Below, piece by piece: positions 44,250 through 52,588 of a stretch of 64,000 nucleotides of DNA. Source of the stretch: an uncultured Gammaproteobacteria bacterium (GTDB lineage Bacteria; Patescibacteriota; Patescibacteriia; 2-12-FULL-60-25); the NCBI GenBank assembly GCA_964598725.1, contig CAZRCW010000002.1, forward strand, positions 226,282 through 290,281, given 5' to 3'. How positions within the stretch are numbered: position 1 is the stretch's first letter; every line of letters starts with the position of its first letter. The position numbers and the translations under genes were made by a program. The notes under the pieces were generated by a model that had not been told where the DNA came from, did not search any database, and saw only the letters and a list, made by a program, of their open reading frames with translations.

Positions 44250-44750
44250 ATGAATACCTCCTTCAAGTGTTGTGGTTCAGCCCGCGATATCGGTTTACTT
44301 GCCCTTCGCGTTGGCGTCGGTGCAATTCTTATCATGCACGGGTACGGTAAATTGTTTGGGGGCGCGCCTGGCATGGACATGTTCACCGGCATGGTGACCG
44401 GTCTCGGCTTCCCAGCTCCAGCCCTCTTCGCCTACGCCGCTGCATTAACGGAGTTTGTTGGTGGCATCGCGATCTTGCTCGGTCTTTTCACCAGCGTCGC
44501 TTCCGTCTTGGCAGCGATCGTCATGTTGGTCGCCTTGTTCATGGTCAAGAAGTTCAGCTTCCCAGCTGCGGATATTGACCTCTCGCTCCTCCTCTCACTC
44601 GTCGCCATCTTCTGCTTGGGCGCCGGCCGCTACAGCCTCGCCGCTGCATTCAAAATGAATGACGGTGGCTGCTGCGGGAACGGAACCTGCTGCGGTTCGG
44701 ATAAAGACGACGCGCTCGTTGAGGAAAAGCTGCACAACCACAAGAAATAA
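44250..44750 (+). CDS. DoxX family membrane protein with Cys-rich C-terminal tail
   Basis: DIGLLALRVGVGAILIMHGYGKLFGG is the DoxX signature. The tail is NDGGCCGNGTCCGSDKDD. Confidence 0.8.
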   Translation: MNTSFKCCGSARDIGLLALRVGVGAILIMHGYGKLFGGAPGMDMFTGMVTGLGFPAPALFAYAAALTEFVGGIAILLGLFTSVASVLAAIVMLVALFMVKKFSFPAADIDLSLLLSLVAIFCLGAGRYSLAAAFKMNDGGCCGNGTCCGSDKDDALVEEKLHNHKK

Positions 44751-44764
44751 GATCCTTTACGGAT

Positions 44765-44797
44765 AGAAAAACAGCGAGCTTGGCTCGCTGTTTTTCT
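44765..44797. terminator. Bidirectional terminator (DoxX and FemAB genes)
   Basis: The sequence is agaaaaACAGCGAGCttggCTCGCTGTttttct. Confidence 0.85.
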
Positions 44798-44817
44798 ATT
44801 TCCCTTGAAGGATGATT

Positions 44818-45840
44818 TTACGCTCGCCACAATAATTTCGGGAACGCCATGTAATACAACAGCTTATTGGTTGGCAAATCCCACGTTCCGATCATATCGA
44901 TATCCTTTCCACCCCAGCCGCGCTTAAAGCGTGTAATCCCTTCCCAAGAAGGTTTATAGTATACGTTTGATTTCAATACTGGGTTCGTTCCATACAGATC
45001 GTAATACTTTGCTCCTTCGGCTTTCGCTGTCTTCATCGCCTCCCAATGGAGTAAGTACGGCGCCATCACCTGACGTTCTTTCGACGATGAAGAGCCGTGA
45101 AGATAGGTCACTGTTTCGCCGTAGGCCATTTCCATGTTGGCCGCGAGCGTGTTTCCCTGCCATTCTGCGAACCGTAAACGAGCAAAACCAGACGGAAGAA
45201 GAGCCTCACAGGTCGCGCGCAGGTAGGCATCATCATGTGATGAAAAGCCATCCCGCTCTGCCGTTTCTTTTGTCAGATCGAGGAAAAGCTGAATGTCTTT
45301 GTCAGACGAACCACGACGGATCGTCACGCCATGTCGTTCAGCGACGCGAATGTTGTAGCGCGTCTTCGGATGCATGGCAGCGAGCAGCTCGGCTTCGGAT
45401 TGCTCCAAGTCAACTAAAATCGTTGCCGCCGGTTCAAGCGCATGGGTACGCTGCATCCGCAGCGGCATCATTCCACGACCTTCCTGGAGCGTCAGTGGCG
45501 GTTCAACTCGGAAAAAGAGGGGTTTGTGTGGAAATTTGAACTTCAGTACTTCTTCTAAAAACGTACAAAAAACTTCACGCGGCTCCGTCACGTGCTGCGC
45601 AAAGACCGGACCGCGTGGAAAGAGCCAATACCCCGTCCCATAGCGTTTCGGATACCAAATACACTGCCCGGCAACCAACCAATGGCCACGTTCGTCGACC
45701 AAGGCTAAACGCAAGACCGTTCGTCCACGTGATTGTTGAAATTCTCCCCAAGCCCAGGCCTGTAAAAAGGCATTCCAAGGATCCGCCTGGATAAAATGAT
45801 CCCAGACCTTCGCGTCGCTTACCTGAATCAACTGAGGCAT
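44818..45840 (-). CDS. FemAB-family peptidoglycan interpeptide-bridge aminoacyltransferase
   Basis: 340 aa with a double GNAT-like layout. FLQAWAWGEFQ, YLHGSSS and APYLLHWEAM resemble FemX/lipid II:glycine glycyltransferases. Confidence 0.75.
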   Translation of the reverse strand: MPQLIQVSDAKVWDHFIQADPWNAFLQAWAWGEFQQSRGRTVLRLALVDERGHWLVAGQCIWYPKRYGTGYWLFPRGPVFAQHVTEPREVFCTFLEEVLKFKFPHKPLFFRVEPPLTLQEGRGMMPLRMQRTHALEPAATILVDLEQSEAELLAAMHPKTRYNIRVAERHGVTIRRGSSDKDIQLFLDLTKETAERDGFSSHDDAYLRATCEALLPSGFARLRFAEWQGNTLAANMEMAYGETVTYLHGSSSSKERQVMAPYLLHWEAMKTAKAEGAKYYDLYGTNPVLKSNVYYKPSWEGITRFKRGWGGKDIDMIGTWDLPTNKLLYYMAFPKLLWRA

Positions 45841-45843
45841 AAG

Positions 45844-46398
45844 CTAGGACAAAGCTCGGAGCGCTGCTCGGATTCGTTCTGAAGGATCGGTGATATCGGT
45901 CGAAATCTGTTTTAACGCATCGCGAACTTGAACGGAGGTATAACCCATCCCCTGTAAGGCATCTGCCACATCTCGGTCGACTGATGGAATCTGTTCCGCT
46001 TCAACCAACTGCCCCTTCAATTCCAAGATAATTTTCTGAGCTGTTTTCTTCCCGACACCCGGCAACGAGGTGAGCGATTCGAGATCCCCCGACATGACCG
46101 CACGCTGGACGGTCTCCGCCGAACCCATCGAAAGCAGCGTCATCGCCACCTTTGGACCGACACCGGACACACTGAGCAATTTCGTGAACAAGCCCAGATC
46201 TTGAGACGACAAAAAGCCGTACAGCTCATGCGTATCTTCCCGTAGTTGTTCATGAATATACACGAACTGCTCTTGCCCTTGTTTGATCAGAGTTAAGAGT
46301 GATGTTGGTAACTGCACCCGATAGCCAACACCTGCCACCTCTAACAGGATGCCCGTCGGGAGCATCTCGATCACTTCCCCGCGCAAAGAGCCGATCAT
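45844..46398 (-). CDS. ruvA: Holliday junction DNA helicase subunit RuvA
   Basis: MIGSLRGEVIE....GILLEVAGVGYRVQLP is the OB domain, and LLSVSGVGPKVAMTLL / LPGVGKKTAQKIILELK are the tandem HhH motifs. Confidence 0.92.
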   Translation of the reverse strand: MIGSLRGEVIEMLPTGILLEVAGVGYRVQLPTSLLTLIKQGQEQFVYIHEQLREDTHELYGFLSSQDLGLFTKLLSVSGVGPKVAMTLLSMGSAETVQRAVMSGDLESLTSLPGVGKKTAQKIILELKGQLVEAEQIPSVDRDVADALQGMGYTSVQVRDALKQISTDITDPSERIRAALRALS

Positions 46399-46406
46399 AG
46401 ATAGCC

Positions 46407-46820
46407 TCAGGATAACACATTCGCCTGCTTCAACAGGTCAACCAAACGAGTGAAGTCCCCTTTCATTGCTTGGATATCCTCAGCACCGGCTAGGATCGTG
46501 AAGTTTTTTCCTTGGCGCTTCAAGATAATTGGTAATTCAGGGTCGTAGGACAACAAAAAGGAACGAACCTGGTCCGGGATCTCGTCCTGATGGTAACTCT
46601 GGATCGGTACGAGCGCGGTTTTGCGTAACGCCTTCCAGGCGGCGCGCTCACCTAAACGGCTGTAGAGCAAGGCATGCAGTTCACAGGCTTCCGTTGCCGG
46701 AAATAAGGTCTTTACACGTTCGACTGGCGATAGATGCTTGGGACTATTCGACCGAAAAATCAAGAGAAGTTCATCCATAGGCACCGATGGTAGCACATCG
46801 GATGTGATATGGTAGACCAT
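46407..46820 (-). CDS. Hypothetical protein (start 46820 or 46778)
   Basis: 137-aa ORF directly upstream of ruvA on the same strand. I recognise no motif. Confidence 0.5.
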   Translation of the reverse strand: MVYHITSDVLPSVPMDELLLIFRSNSPKHLSPVERVKTLFPATEACELHALLYSRLGERAAWKALRKTALVPIQSYHQDEIPDQVRSFLLSYDPELPIILKRQGKNFTILAGAEDIQAMKGDFTRLVDLLKQANVLS

Positions 46821-47552
46821 ATGAAACCGGCTATTCCAACCCTTAAACAGCTTCGTCTCGAGTTAAAAAAACTAGCCACACCCACCAAAGCCAAGAACTC
46901 GGCTGGGTTCTTCAAAACCGGCCCAGGTGAATACGCAGAAGGCGACCAGTTCCTGGGAATTACCGTACCCGAACTACGCACCATCGCCCGATATTACAAA
47001 TTGATCCCAAAAGACGAAATCCTCCTCCTGCTACGCTCGCCCTTGCATGAAGAGCGACTCTTAGCCCTGTTTCTCCTCATCCAACGCTTCGAACACGCCG
47101 CCAGCCATGAACAAGATGAGATTTATAAGGACTATCTTCGCCATACTACTCACATCAACAACTGGGATTTAGTCGATGCGAGCGCCGCCCAGATCTTAGG
47201 CGCCTATCTTGCAACACAATCACCAGCCATCATCCGAAAAACACTGACAACACTGGCAGCCTCAGAACTACTTTGGGAACGGCGGATCGCGATAGTCTCC
47301 ACGTTTCATTGGATTAAAGAAGGTGATGCTACGTATGCACTCCTTATAGCCAAGAAGTTGCTTTCAGATAAACAGGATCTCATCCAAAAAGCGGTTGGCT
47401 GGATGTTACGCGAAGTTGGAAAACGCTGTTCGGAAGGCACCCTGCGCACTTTTCTAGATGAACATCTCAAGACCATGGGACGAACAACGCTGCGCTACGC
47501 CATCGAGCGGTTCCCAGAAGAGATGCGACGGGACTACCTGCGAAAAACCTAA
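46809..47552 (+). CDS. DNA alkylation repair protein (AlkD-like HEAT-repeat glycosylase family)
   Basis: KNSAGFFKTGPGEYAEGDQFLGITVPELR, NNWDLVD, WERRIAIVSTF and KAVGWMLREVGKR match the DNA_alkylation family pattern. The start is 46809 or 46821. Confidence 0.75.
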   Translation: MVDHMKPAIPTLKQLRLELKKLATPTKAKNSAGFFKTGPGEYAEGDQFLGITVPELRTIARYYKLIPKDEILLLLRSPLHEERLLALFLLIQRFEHAASHEQDEIYKDYLRHTTHINNWDLVDASAAQILGAYLATQSPAIIRKTLTTLAASELLWERRIAIVSTFHWIKEGDATYALLIAKKLLSDKQDLIQKAVGWMLREVGKRCSEGTLRTFLDEHLKTMGRTTLRYAIERFPEEMRRDYLRKT

Positions 47553-47594
47553 ACCTAGCTGAGACATTCTTGGACCTAACAATCGCTTGTTATT

Positions 47595-47626
47595 TATTCG
47601 CATTTAGACTAACGTACTTGCGAATA
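47595..47626. promoter_or_regulatory. 8-bp inverted repeat TATTCGCA-N16-TGCGAATA abutting the fur-family start codon (candidate auto-operator)
   Basis: The arms at 47595..47602 and 47619..47626 were verified as exact reverse complements. The ATG is at 47628. Confidence 0.35.
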
Positions 47627-47627
47627 T

Positions 47628-48065
47628 ATGGTCTCCCCTGTTCTCAAAGAACGTATCCGTGTCGCTGGCTTTCGGGCAACACCGAGCCGGTTAGCGGTAG
47701 CTGAATTGCTTGAAAAAGCCCACCAGCCGATCGGCACACCGACCCTGGCCGAAGCGCTCGTCCCAAATCAGCTCGACCTCGCGACCCTCTACCGTACCCT
47801 CAACTCGTTCGAGGAGAAGGGTTTAGTGCGCCATGTCGCCATCGATCAACGCTTTGCCTCCTATGAATGGATCGAGGATGAAGGACATCATCACCATCAC
47901 TTGGTGTGTAAAACCTGCGGTTTGATTGAAGAAATTTCGGATTGTGAACTGGAAACATTAGAGAAATCTGTCCTGAATGACGCCAAACAGTTCTTTGAGA
48001 TCAGCTCACATTCGTTGGAGTTCTTTGGGGTCTGTAAAACGTGTTCAAAGAAAAAGACGAAATAA
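47628..48065 (+). CDS. Fur family transcriptional regulator (Fur/Zur/PerR)
   Basis: A winged helix (RATPSRLAVAELL...TLYRTLNSFEEKGLV), a His cluster HHHHL, and CKTCG...CKTC zinc motifs are present. Confidence 0.85.
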   Translation: MVSPVLKERIRVAGFRATPSRLAVAELLEKAHQPIGTPTLAEALVPNQLDLATLYRTLNSFEEKGLVRHVAIDQRFASYEWIEDEGHHHHHLVCKTCGLIEEISDCELETLEKSVLNDAKQFFEISSHSLEFFGVCKTCSKKKTK

Positions 48066-48083
48066 CAAACTCGATCTGGATCA

Positions 48084-48116
48084 GCAAAACCCTCACTTCT
48101 TGAGGGTTTTGCTTTT
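48084..48116 (+). terminator. Rho-independent terminator after the fur-family gene
   Basis: The sequence is GCAAAACCCTCActtcTTGAGGGTTTTGCtttt. Confidence 0.85.
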
Positions 48117-48197
48117 CCTGGAACCTTTTATTACACTCGCCCACGATCGTAGCTGGGATGGATCCCAGGCTCGTTCCGCCCAGGAGGGGCGCATATC

Positions 48198-48887
48198 ATG
48201 GAACGTCCTTTTGAAATGCCGATAACGGTGCCTCCGCCTCGTGAGGCCATCCTCGCGCTCCTGGACGATCTCCGGGTCCTACGTGAGAACGGCCACTTCG
48301 TGTACGTGTCGGGGGTCCACGCCGACAACTACTTCCAGAAGAACCTGGCTCTCGCGAACGCGTTCGCGGCCGCTGGGATCGCGTTCCACATCGCCCGGAG
48401 CATCGTGGACCAGTTCCCCGGAGCAGTTCTGCTCGCGCCTGCCTCCGGCGGGATCGGCCTCGTCCAGCTCGTGGCCGACGCGGCTACGCGCATGTGGCCT
48501 GACGGACGGTACGTCGCGCTCTACGCCGAGAAGGTGACAGATGGCGGGTTCGAGATGAAGCGGAACGCGGATTTGCTCGACCTCAACCTGCCGCTCATCG
48601 GCATCGAGGACGTTGTCACGACGGGCAAGTCCATCCGCGATGTCGAGACGGCCGCGACGCGACACAACGGTCGACGCTTCGATGCCGTCCGCTGCATCTG
48701 CGATCGGGGCGTGGACGTCACCACGTTTACCACATCGAACTTCTGGGCCTTCCTGGAGCTCCTCCGCCCGGTCTACCAGCCGGACACCTGTCCGATGTGC
48801 GCGGAGGGGAAACGGATCGACACGGACCTCGGTCACGGCAAGGACTACGTGGCCAAGCACGGCCAGCCGCAACGCACGACCGCCTGA
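48198..48887 (+). CDS. GC-rich type I phosphoribosyltransferase-domain protein (OPRT-like) with C-terminal CxxC
   Basis: SD AGGAGGGG. The PRPP-binding loop is PLIGIEDVVTTGKSI. The N-terminal hood region is GHFVYVSGVHADNYF. The C-terminus has DTCPMCAEG. Confidence 0.75.
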   Translation: MERPFEMPITVPPPREAILALLDDLRVLRENGHFVYVSGVHADNYFQKNLALANAFAAAGIAFHIARSIVDQFPGAVLLAPASGGIGLVQLVADAATRMWPDGRYVALYAEKVTDGGFEMKRNADLLDLNLPLIGIEDVVTTGKSIRDVETAATRHNGRRFDAVRCICDRGVDVTTFTTSNFWAFLELLRPVYQPDTCPMCAEGKRIDTDLGHGKDYVAKHGQPQRTTA

Positions 48888-48955
48888 CGACGAAGATCAT
48901 CTGCACCGGAACTTGGTCCGATGAACACGCGGCGCTGCCAAGTATCAGCCCGCCC

Positions 48956-49010
48956 TCACACCCCTATCGAGCGCATCTCTCAAGCTCGGTCGGGGTGCGT
49001 TTCGTTTTTA
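48956..49010 (+). terminator. Imperfect hairpin plus T tract after the PRTase gene
   Basis: The sequence is CACACCCCtatCGAGC-gcatctctcaa-GCTCGgtcGGGGTGcg-tttcgttttta. Confidence 0.5.
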
Positions 49011-49739
49011 GGCGACTTCTGGACTATTCAAAATCACGGTTTCACCAGCGCGTGTCGCTGGATCGAAGACAATTCCCATCACACTCAAACGTAGATCCTC
49101 TTTTCCCTCTTTTGGCGCGAGCGCGTCGTAGACCGATTGAACGAATGCAGCAAGATTGGTTTCTGTAAATTCCACTTCAACCGGTGAGCCTTGGAACGAG
49201 GGCGTAGGTCGCACGTTTTCTCCACGATAGGTGGTGATCAACGAACCTTGGCCAGATGCTAAAGGGCAAGTGAAAACAGCACGTCCGGCCGTTCCAATCT
49301 CATTGGAACGAATGATATGCAAGGCAGCCGATGGCGTGCCGTTATTCAAGGTAAACAACCCCGTAATCCGTGGCGTACGATAGGCATCATCTTCATAGGA
49401 CCAGCCACCCAAATCAAGCGTCAGACGATCCTGCGCCGCGCCTTCCGAAACGAGATCAACCGCGTCTACCTGGCGTCCGTTCCCGATCACAAACCCCTGC
49501 TGACCAATGCGAAGCGAAGTGTACTGTAATAAATCCAACTTACCGCGAGCCATCACCTTGAGATTCGTCGTCTGCACGCTGATTGCGGTTCTGTCGGCAT
49601 TTAAGACGTATTTCTTTGCCTTACTTGAAGCGCTGCGTACCGTGACAAAATAGACACCAACGATCTGTTCCCCCATTTTTCCCAGCACAATGCCACGTCC
49701 TGGATAATCGAGGCTGGAAAGATGATCTGTGAGTTGCAT
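49008..49739 (-). CDS. IMP cyclohydrolase-like protein (PurO family)
   Basis: YPGRGIVLGKMGEQIVGVYFVTVRSASSKAKKY resembles the N-terminal PurO/IMP_cyclohyd pattern. 243 aa. The call rests on recollection of the family only. Confidence 0.55.
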   Translation of the reverse strand: MQLTDHLSSLDYPGRGIVLGKMGEQIVGVYFVTVRSASSKAKKYVLNADRTAISVQTTNLKVMARGKLDLLQYTSLRIGQQGFVIGNGRQVDAVDLVSEGAAQDRLTLDLGGWSYEDDAYRTPRITGLFTLNNGTPSAALHIIRSNEIGTAGRAVFTCPLASGQGSLITTYRGENVRPTPSFQGSPVEVEFTETNLAAFVQSVYDALAPKEGKEDLRLSVMGIVFDPATRAGETVILNSPEVA

Positions 49740-49780
49740 ACACCTAAGAATGCCTTGCCCGCAGGCTTTTGCCTATATTC

Positions 49781-51460
49781 TTAGAAGTTCAACAAGCTCA
49801 TCGCTTGATCGTAGGTCGTGGGGCGGGTGTCCACGATGCCAGGATTGCGTATGATTGCACCGGATTCCGTGCCAGCGGTAAAGCCGCAACTCGTCGTGGA
49901 TGGAATTGCTGAAGCCCCGTTCCAATAGATCGTTCCGCTCGCTGTCACACCGGTCAGGCCATGATTCAACCGTTCGCAAACGATTGGCATCCGGCCGTTC
50001 GTATCAACGATCGTATTATTCCGAAGCGTTACTCCATCGGTCGAAGCGCGCGGCCCGTTTCCGGCTCGGGACTGCACGACCACCTGCGCATTATTCAAGA
50101 ACAGGTTTCGTTCAACTAAGGTGTTCTTTGCATCGAAGAGAGCGAGTCCGCCATACGCTCCATGCGCAATCACATTGTGACGGAAGATGGTATCGATTGC
50201 TTCATATTGTTCACCGCCCAGCAATTCGACATCCGTTGACCCACCGATCCCCCAGATCGGGTTTCCATCAATCCCCCCACGTTGGTTATCGATCACGTTA
50301 TCCTCAATTAAGGCGCGTTTTGAGCCACCTTTCACGTAACCCGCCATATTTCCTACATCGTGGATGAAGTTGCGACGGATAATCGCGTCATCAACATCGA
50401 CCAAGTCGAGCGCTTCCTGCCAGACCGATTCGTCGCCGTTCGTTCGACGACCGGGACGCGCCAATTCACAACCCTCGATCGTGATGTGATGAGCCTGGTT
50501 TACTTTGAGTACATCTCCATCATCCCCTGCGTCGTGCAAATAGAGGTTGCGTAACGTAATGTGGTGCGCTCCATCTTGCACGTGAAAAACATCGTTGCTC
50601 GTATGATGAACTTCCAAGCCTTCGAAAACGATGTACGCGGCACCGTCGCCAACATTGAACGACTCGTCGCCGGTAGAGGTGAACTTCGCAGAGCTGCGTA
50701 CTCCGTCCGCGATGATGTAGATCGGATTCGTCGCCGTCCCCTGTTTATCGATCCAGAGCTGCTGAGTGAGGGCGTACGAACCTGGCGCGATACGAATCAG
50801 ATCACCCGGACGAGCATCTCCAATAGCCGCACGTAAGGCGCTCACGCTGCTCACCCGAACCGTTCGGAGAACGCCTGGGTACGTAACCGGAGTCGAAGTC
50901 GGTGGAGCTGGCAGATCACGATCCGCTTCGATACTGCTCGCCTGAGCACGTTCAGCCGCTGGATTATAGTCGCTCACCTGCGAGATCGGCTGACCAACCG
51001 TGTAGTTTGTAAAGAATGCGTCTGGAAGATCCTCGACCTGACGAGCCCAGCTCGCTCCATAGAGCGCCCGTGCAATCTCTTCCGTTTGAACCCAACGTAA
51101 GACCGCTCCATGGCTGACCGCGTAGACTTTTGGATCGGTCGTGACTTTGACGAGCTTCACACCCGGTCGATACGTCACGTTCGCTCGAAGACGGAGCGCG
51201 GCGAGCGCCTGATCGGAGATCGACTGCACTCCGGCGAAATCGCTAAACCAAGTGAAATAGGTCTTCTCATTCGGAAACGCGTAACGATCACCATCAGCTG
51301 TGGCGTAATAGACAGCCGGCGTCGAAGCCTTGACCAAGCCTGGTACAGCCGCGTGGCTCGCAAGTGGCAGACCGAGTGCGATCGTTACAGCAGAGAGACC
51401 AAGAATGCGTAAAAAGAGGTATTTCATAGAAGCTGTCTTCAGCATAGACCGATTCGGCAT
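49781..51460 (-). CDS. Secreted right-handed parallel beta-helix repeat protein (pectate-lyase fold) with a conserved N-terminal domain
   Basis: The signal peptide is MKYLFLRILGLSAVTIALGLPLASHA (start 51427 or 51460). There are repeated hydrophobic-x-N/D turns (ITLRNLYLHD, ITIEGCEL, IIRRNFIHD, LIEDNVIDN, IFRHNVIAH, LVERNLFLNN, TLRNNTIVD). Confidence 0.75.
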   Translation of the reverse strand: MPNRSMLKTASMKYLFLRILGLSAVTIALGLPLASHAAVPGLVKASTPAVYYATADGDRYAFPNEKTYFTWFSDFAGVQSISDQALAALRLRANVTYRPGVKLVKVTTDPKVYAVSHGAVLRWVQTEEIARALYGASWARQVEDLPDAFFTNYTVGQPISQVSDYNPAAERAQASSIEADRDLPAPPTSTPVTYPGVLRTVRVSSVSALRAAIGDARPGDLIRIAPGSYALTQQLWIDKQGTATNPIYIIADGVRSSAKFTSTGDESFNVGDGAAYIVFEGLEVHHTSNDVFHVQDGAHHITLRNLYLHDAGDDGDVLKVNQAHHITIEGCELARPGRRTNGDESVWQEALDLVDVDDAIIRRNFIHDVGNMAGYVKGGSKRALIEDNVIDNQRGGIDGNPIWGIGGSTDVELLGGEQYEAIDTIFRHNVIAHGAYGGLALFDAKNTLVERNLFLNNAQVVVQSRAGNGPRASTDGVTLRNNTIVDTNGRMPIVCERLNHGLTGVTASGTIYWNGASAIPSTTSCGFTAGTESGAIIRNPGIVDTRPTTYDQAMSLLNF

Positions 51461-51496
51461 CGGTTGCTACCCTCGAACAAACCTCTTTTCTTTCGT

Positions 51497-51946
51497 ATGC
51501 AAGAACCCATCAACTTCATCGAGACACGTTTTCACTATCTCTCGCCCTTTTCTGCTCATCGCATCGAGATCTGGGGCGAAGTCTTTCCTACGGCTGAACA
51601 CGCCTACCAAGCCTCACGCATCATTCCTGGGCCAGAACGAGAGCTCATAAAATCTGCAGCGAGTCCGAAGGACGCTTGGCGCGAAGGGCAGAAATACTAC
51701 AAAGATCTGCCTGGATATGCCGTTCCGAATTTTGATAAAGCGGCTGTCATGGAGGAGATTTTTCGCGCCAAGCTCGCTCAACACCCTGAGATCGCTGAAA
51801 TCTTAAAAGAATCCGGCGAACGTGAATTACTCAAAGTTTGGCCAACCGATTTCTATTGGGGTACCGGCCACGATAATTCCGGACAGAATGTCATGGGCAA
51901 ACTCTGGATGAAACTCCGAGCCGAATTGAATCAAACAACAAACTAG
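51497..51946 (+). CDS. NADAR (YbiA/DUF1768) family protein
   Basis: FLSPFSAHRIEIWGEVFPTAEHAYQASR and WGTGHDNSGQNVMGKLWMKLR are present. Confidence 0.75.
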   Translation: MQEPINFIETRFHYLSPFSAHRIEIWGEVFPTAEHAYQASRIIPGPERELIKSAASPKDAWREGQKYYKDLPGYAVPNFDKAAVMEEIFRAKLAQHPEIAEILKESGERELLKVWPTDFYWGTGHDNSGQNVMGKLWMKLRAELNQTTN

Positions 51947-52554
51947 TTTTTCTGTTTTGCAAGGTAGCGATCGTACATCTTTCCAAAGAAAATACAGGCG
52001 ATCAACCCACCGATCAGCGCAAACAACATGTCGGTTTGGGTATCCCAGATATAGCCCTGCGTTCCCAAGAAAGCGTCTGCTGAACCACCGAGCAGTTCTG
52101 AAGCACTCCACTCAATCAATTCGTAGGTAACGGTCACAAGTGCAACTACCCCCATCACGTACGAGCTGATCCAGCCTTTCTTAGCAAACACGTTTTTCCG
52201 AATTACGAGCTCACGCACCAAGAACGCCGGGAAAAAGCCCTGAATAAAATGGCCCAGCTTATCGTAGTTATTTCGTTCCCAATGGAAGATCTCGCCTAGC
52301 CAAGCGAAGAGCGGATTTTCTGCGTAGGTGTATTTCCCGCCGTAAAACAGAATCAGACTGTGGATCAGAATCAAGACGTAGGCGGCTCGCGAGAACTTGA
52401 ACCAACGATACGAAATAATCAGCGCTGCCACTCCGATCAAGCTTGGTGCTACCTCCATCCACCAGGTCGCATAATCATGCGGCGAGATCGCCGACCAGCC
52501 GAGTCCAACAAGGTAGATCGCTCCGACGATGAGAAAGAAGGTTCTTTGTGACAT
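51943..52554 (-). CDS. DUF2238 (YjdF-like) inner membrane protein
   Basis: 203 aa and polytopic. The NYDKLGHFIQGFFPAFLVRE motif is characteristic of YjdF-like proteins. Confidence 0.6.
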   Translation of the reverse strand: MSQRTFFLIVGAIYLVGLGWSAISPHDYATWWMEVAPSLIGVAALIISYRWFKFSRAAYVLILIHSLILFYGGKYTYAENPLFAWLGEIFHWERNNYDKLGHFIQGFFPAFLVRELVIRKNVFAKKGWISSYVMGVVALVTVTYELIEWSASELLGGSADAFLGTQGYIWDTQTDMLFALIGGLIACIFFGKMYDRYLAKQKN

Positions 52555-52588
52555 AAAGACATCATACCAAAGACGTCTCGTTTTCGCT

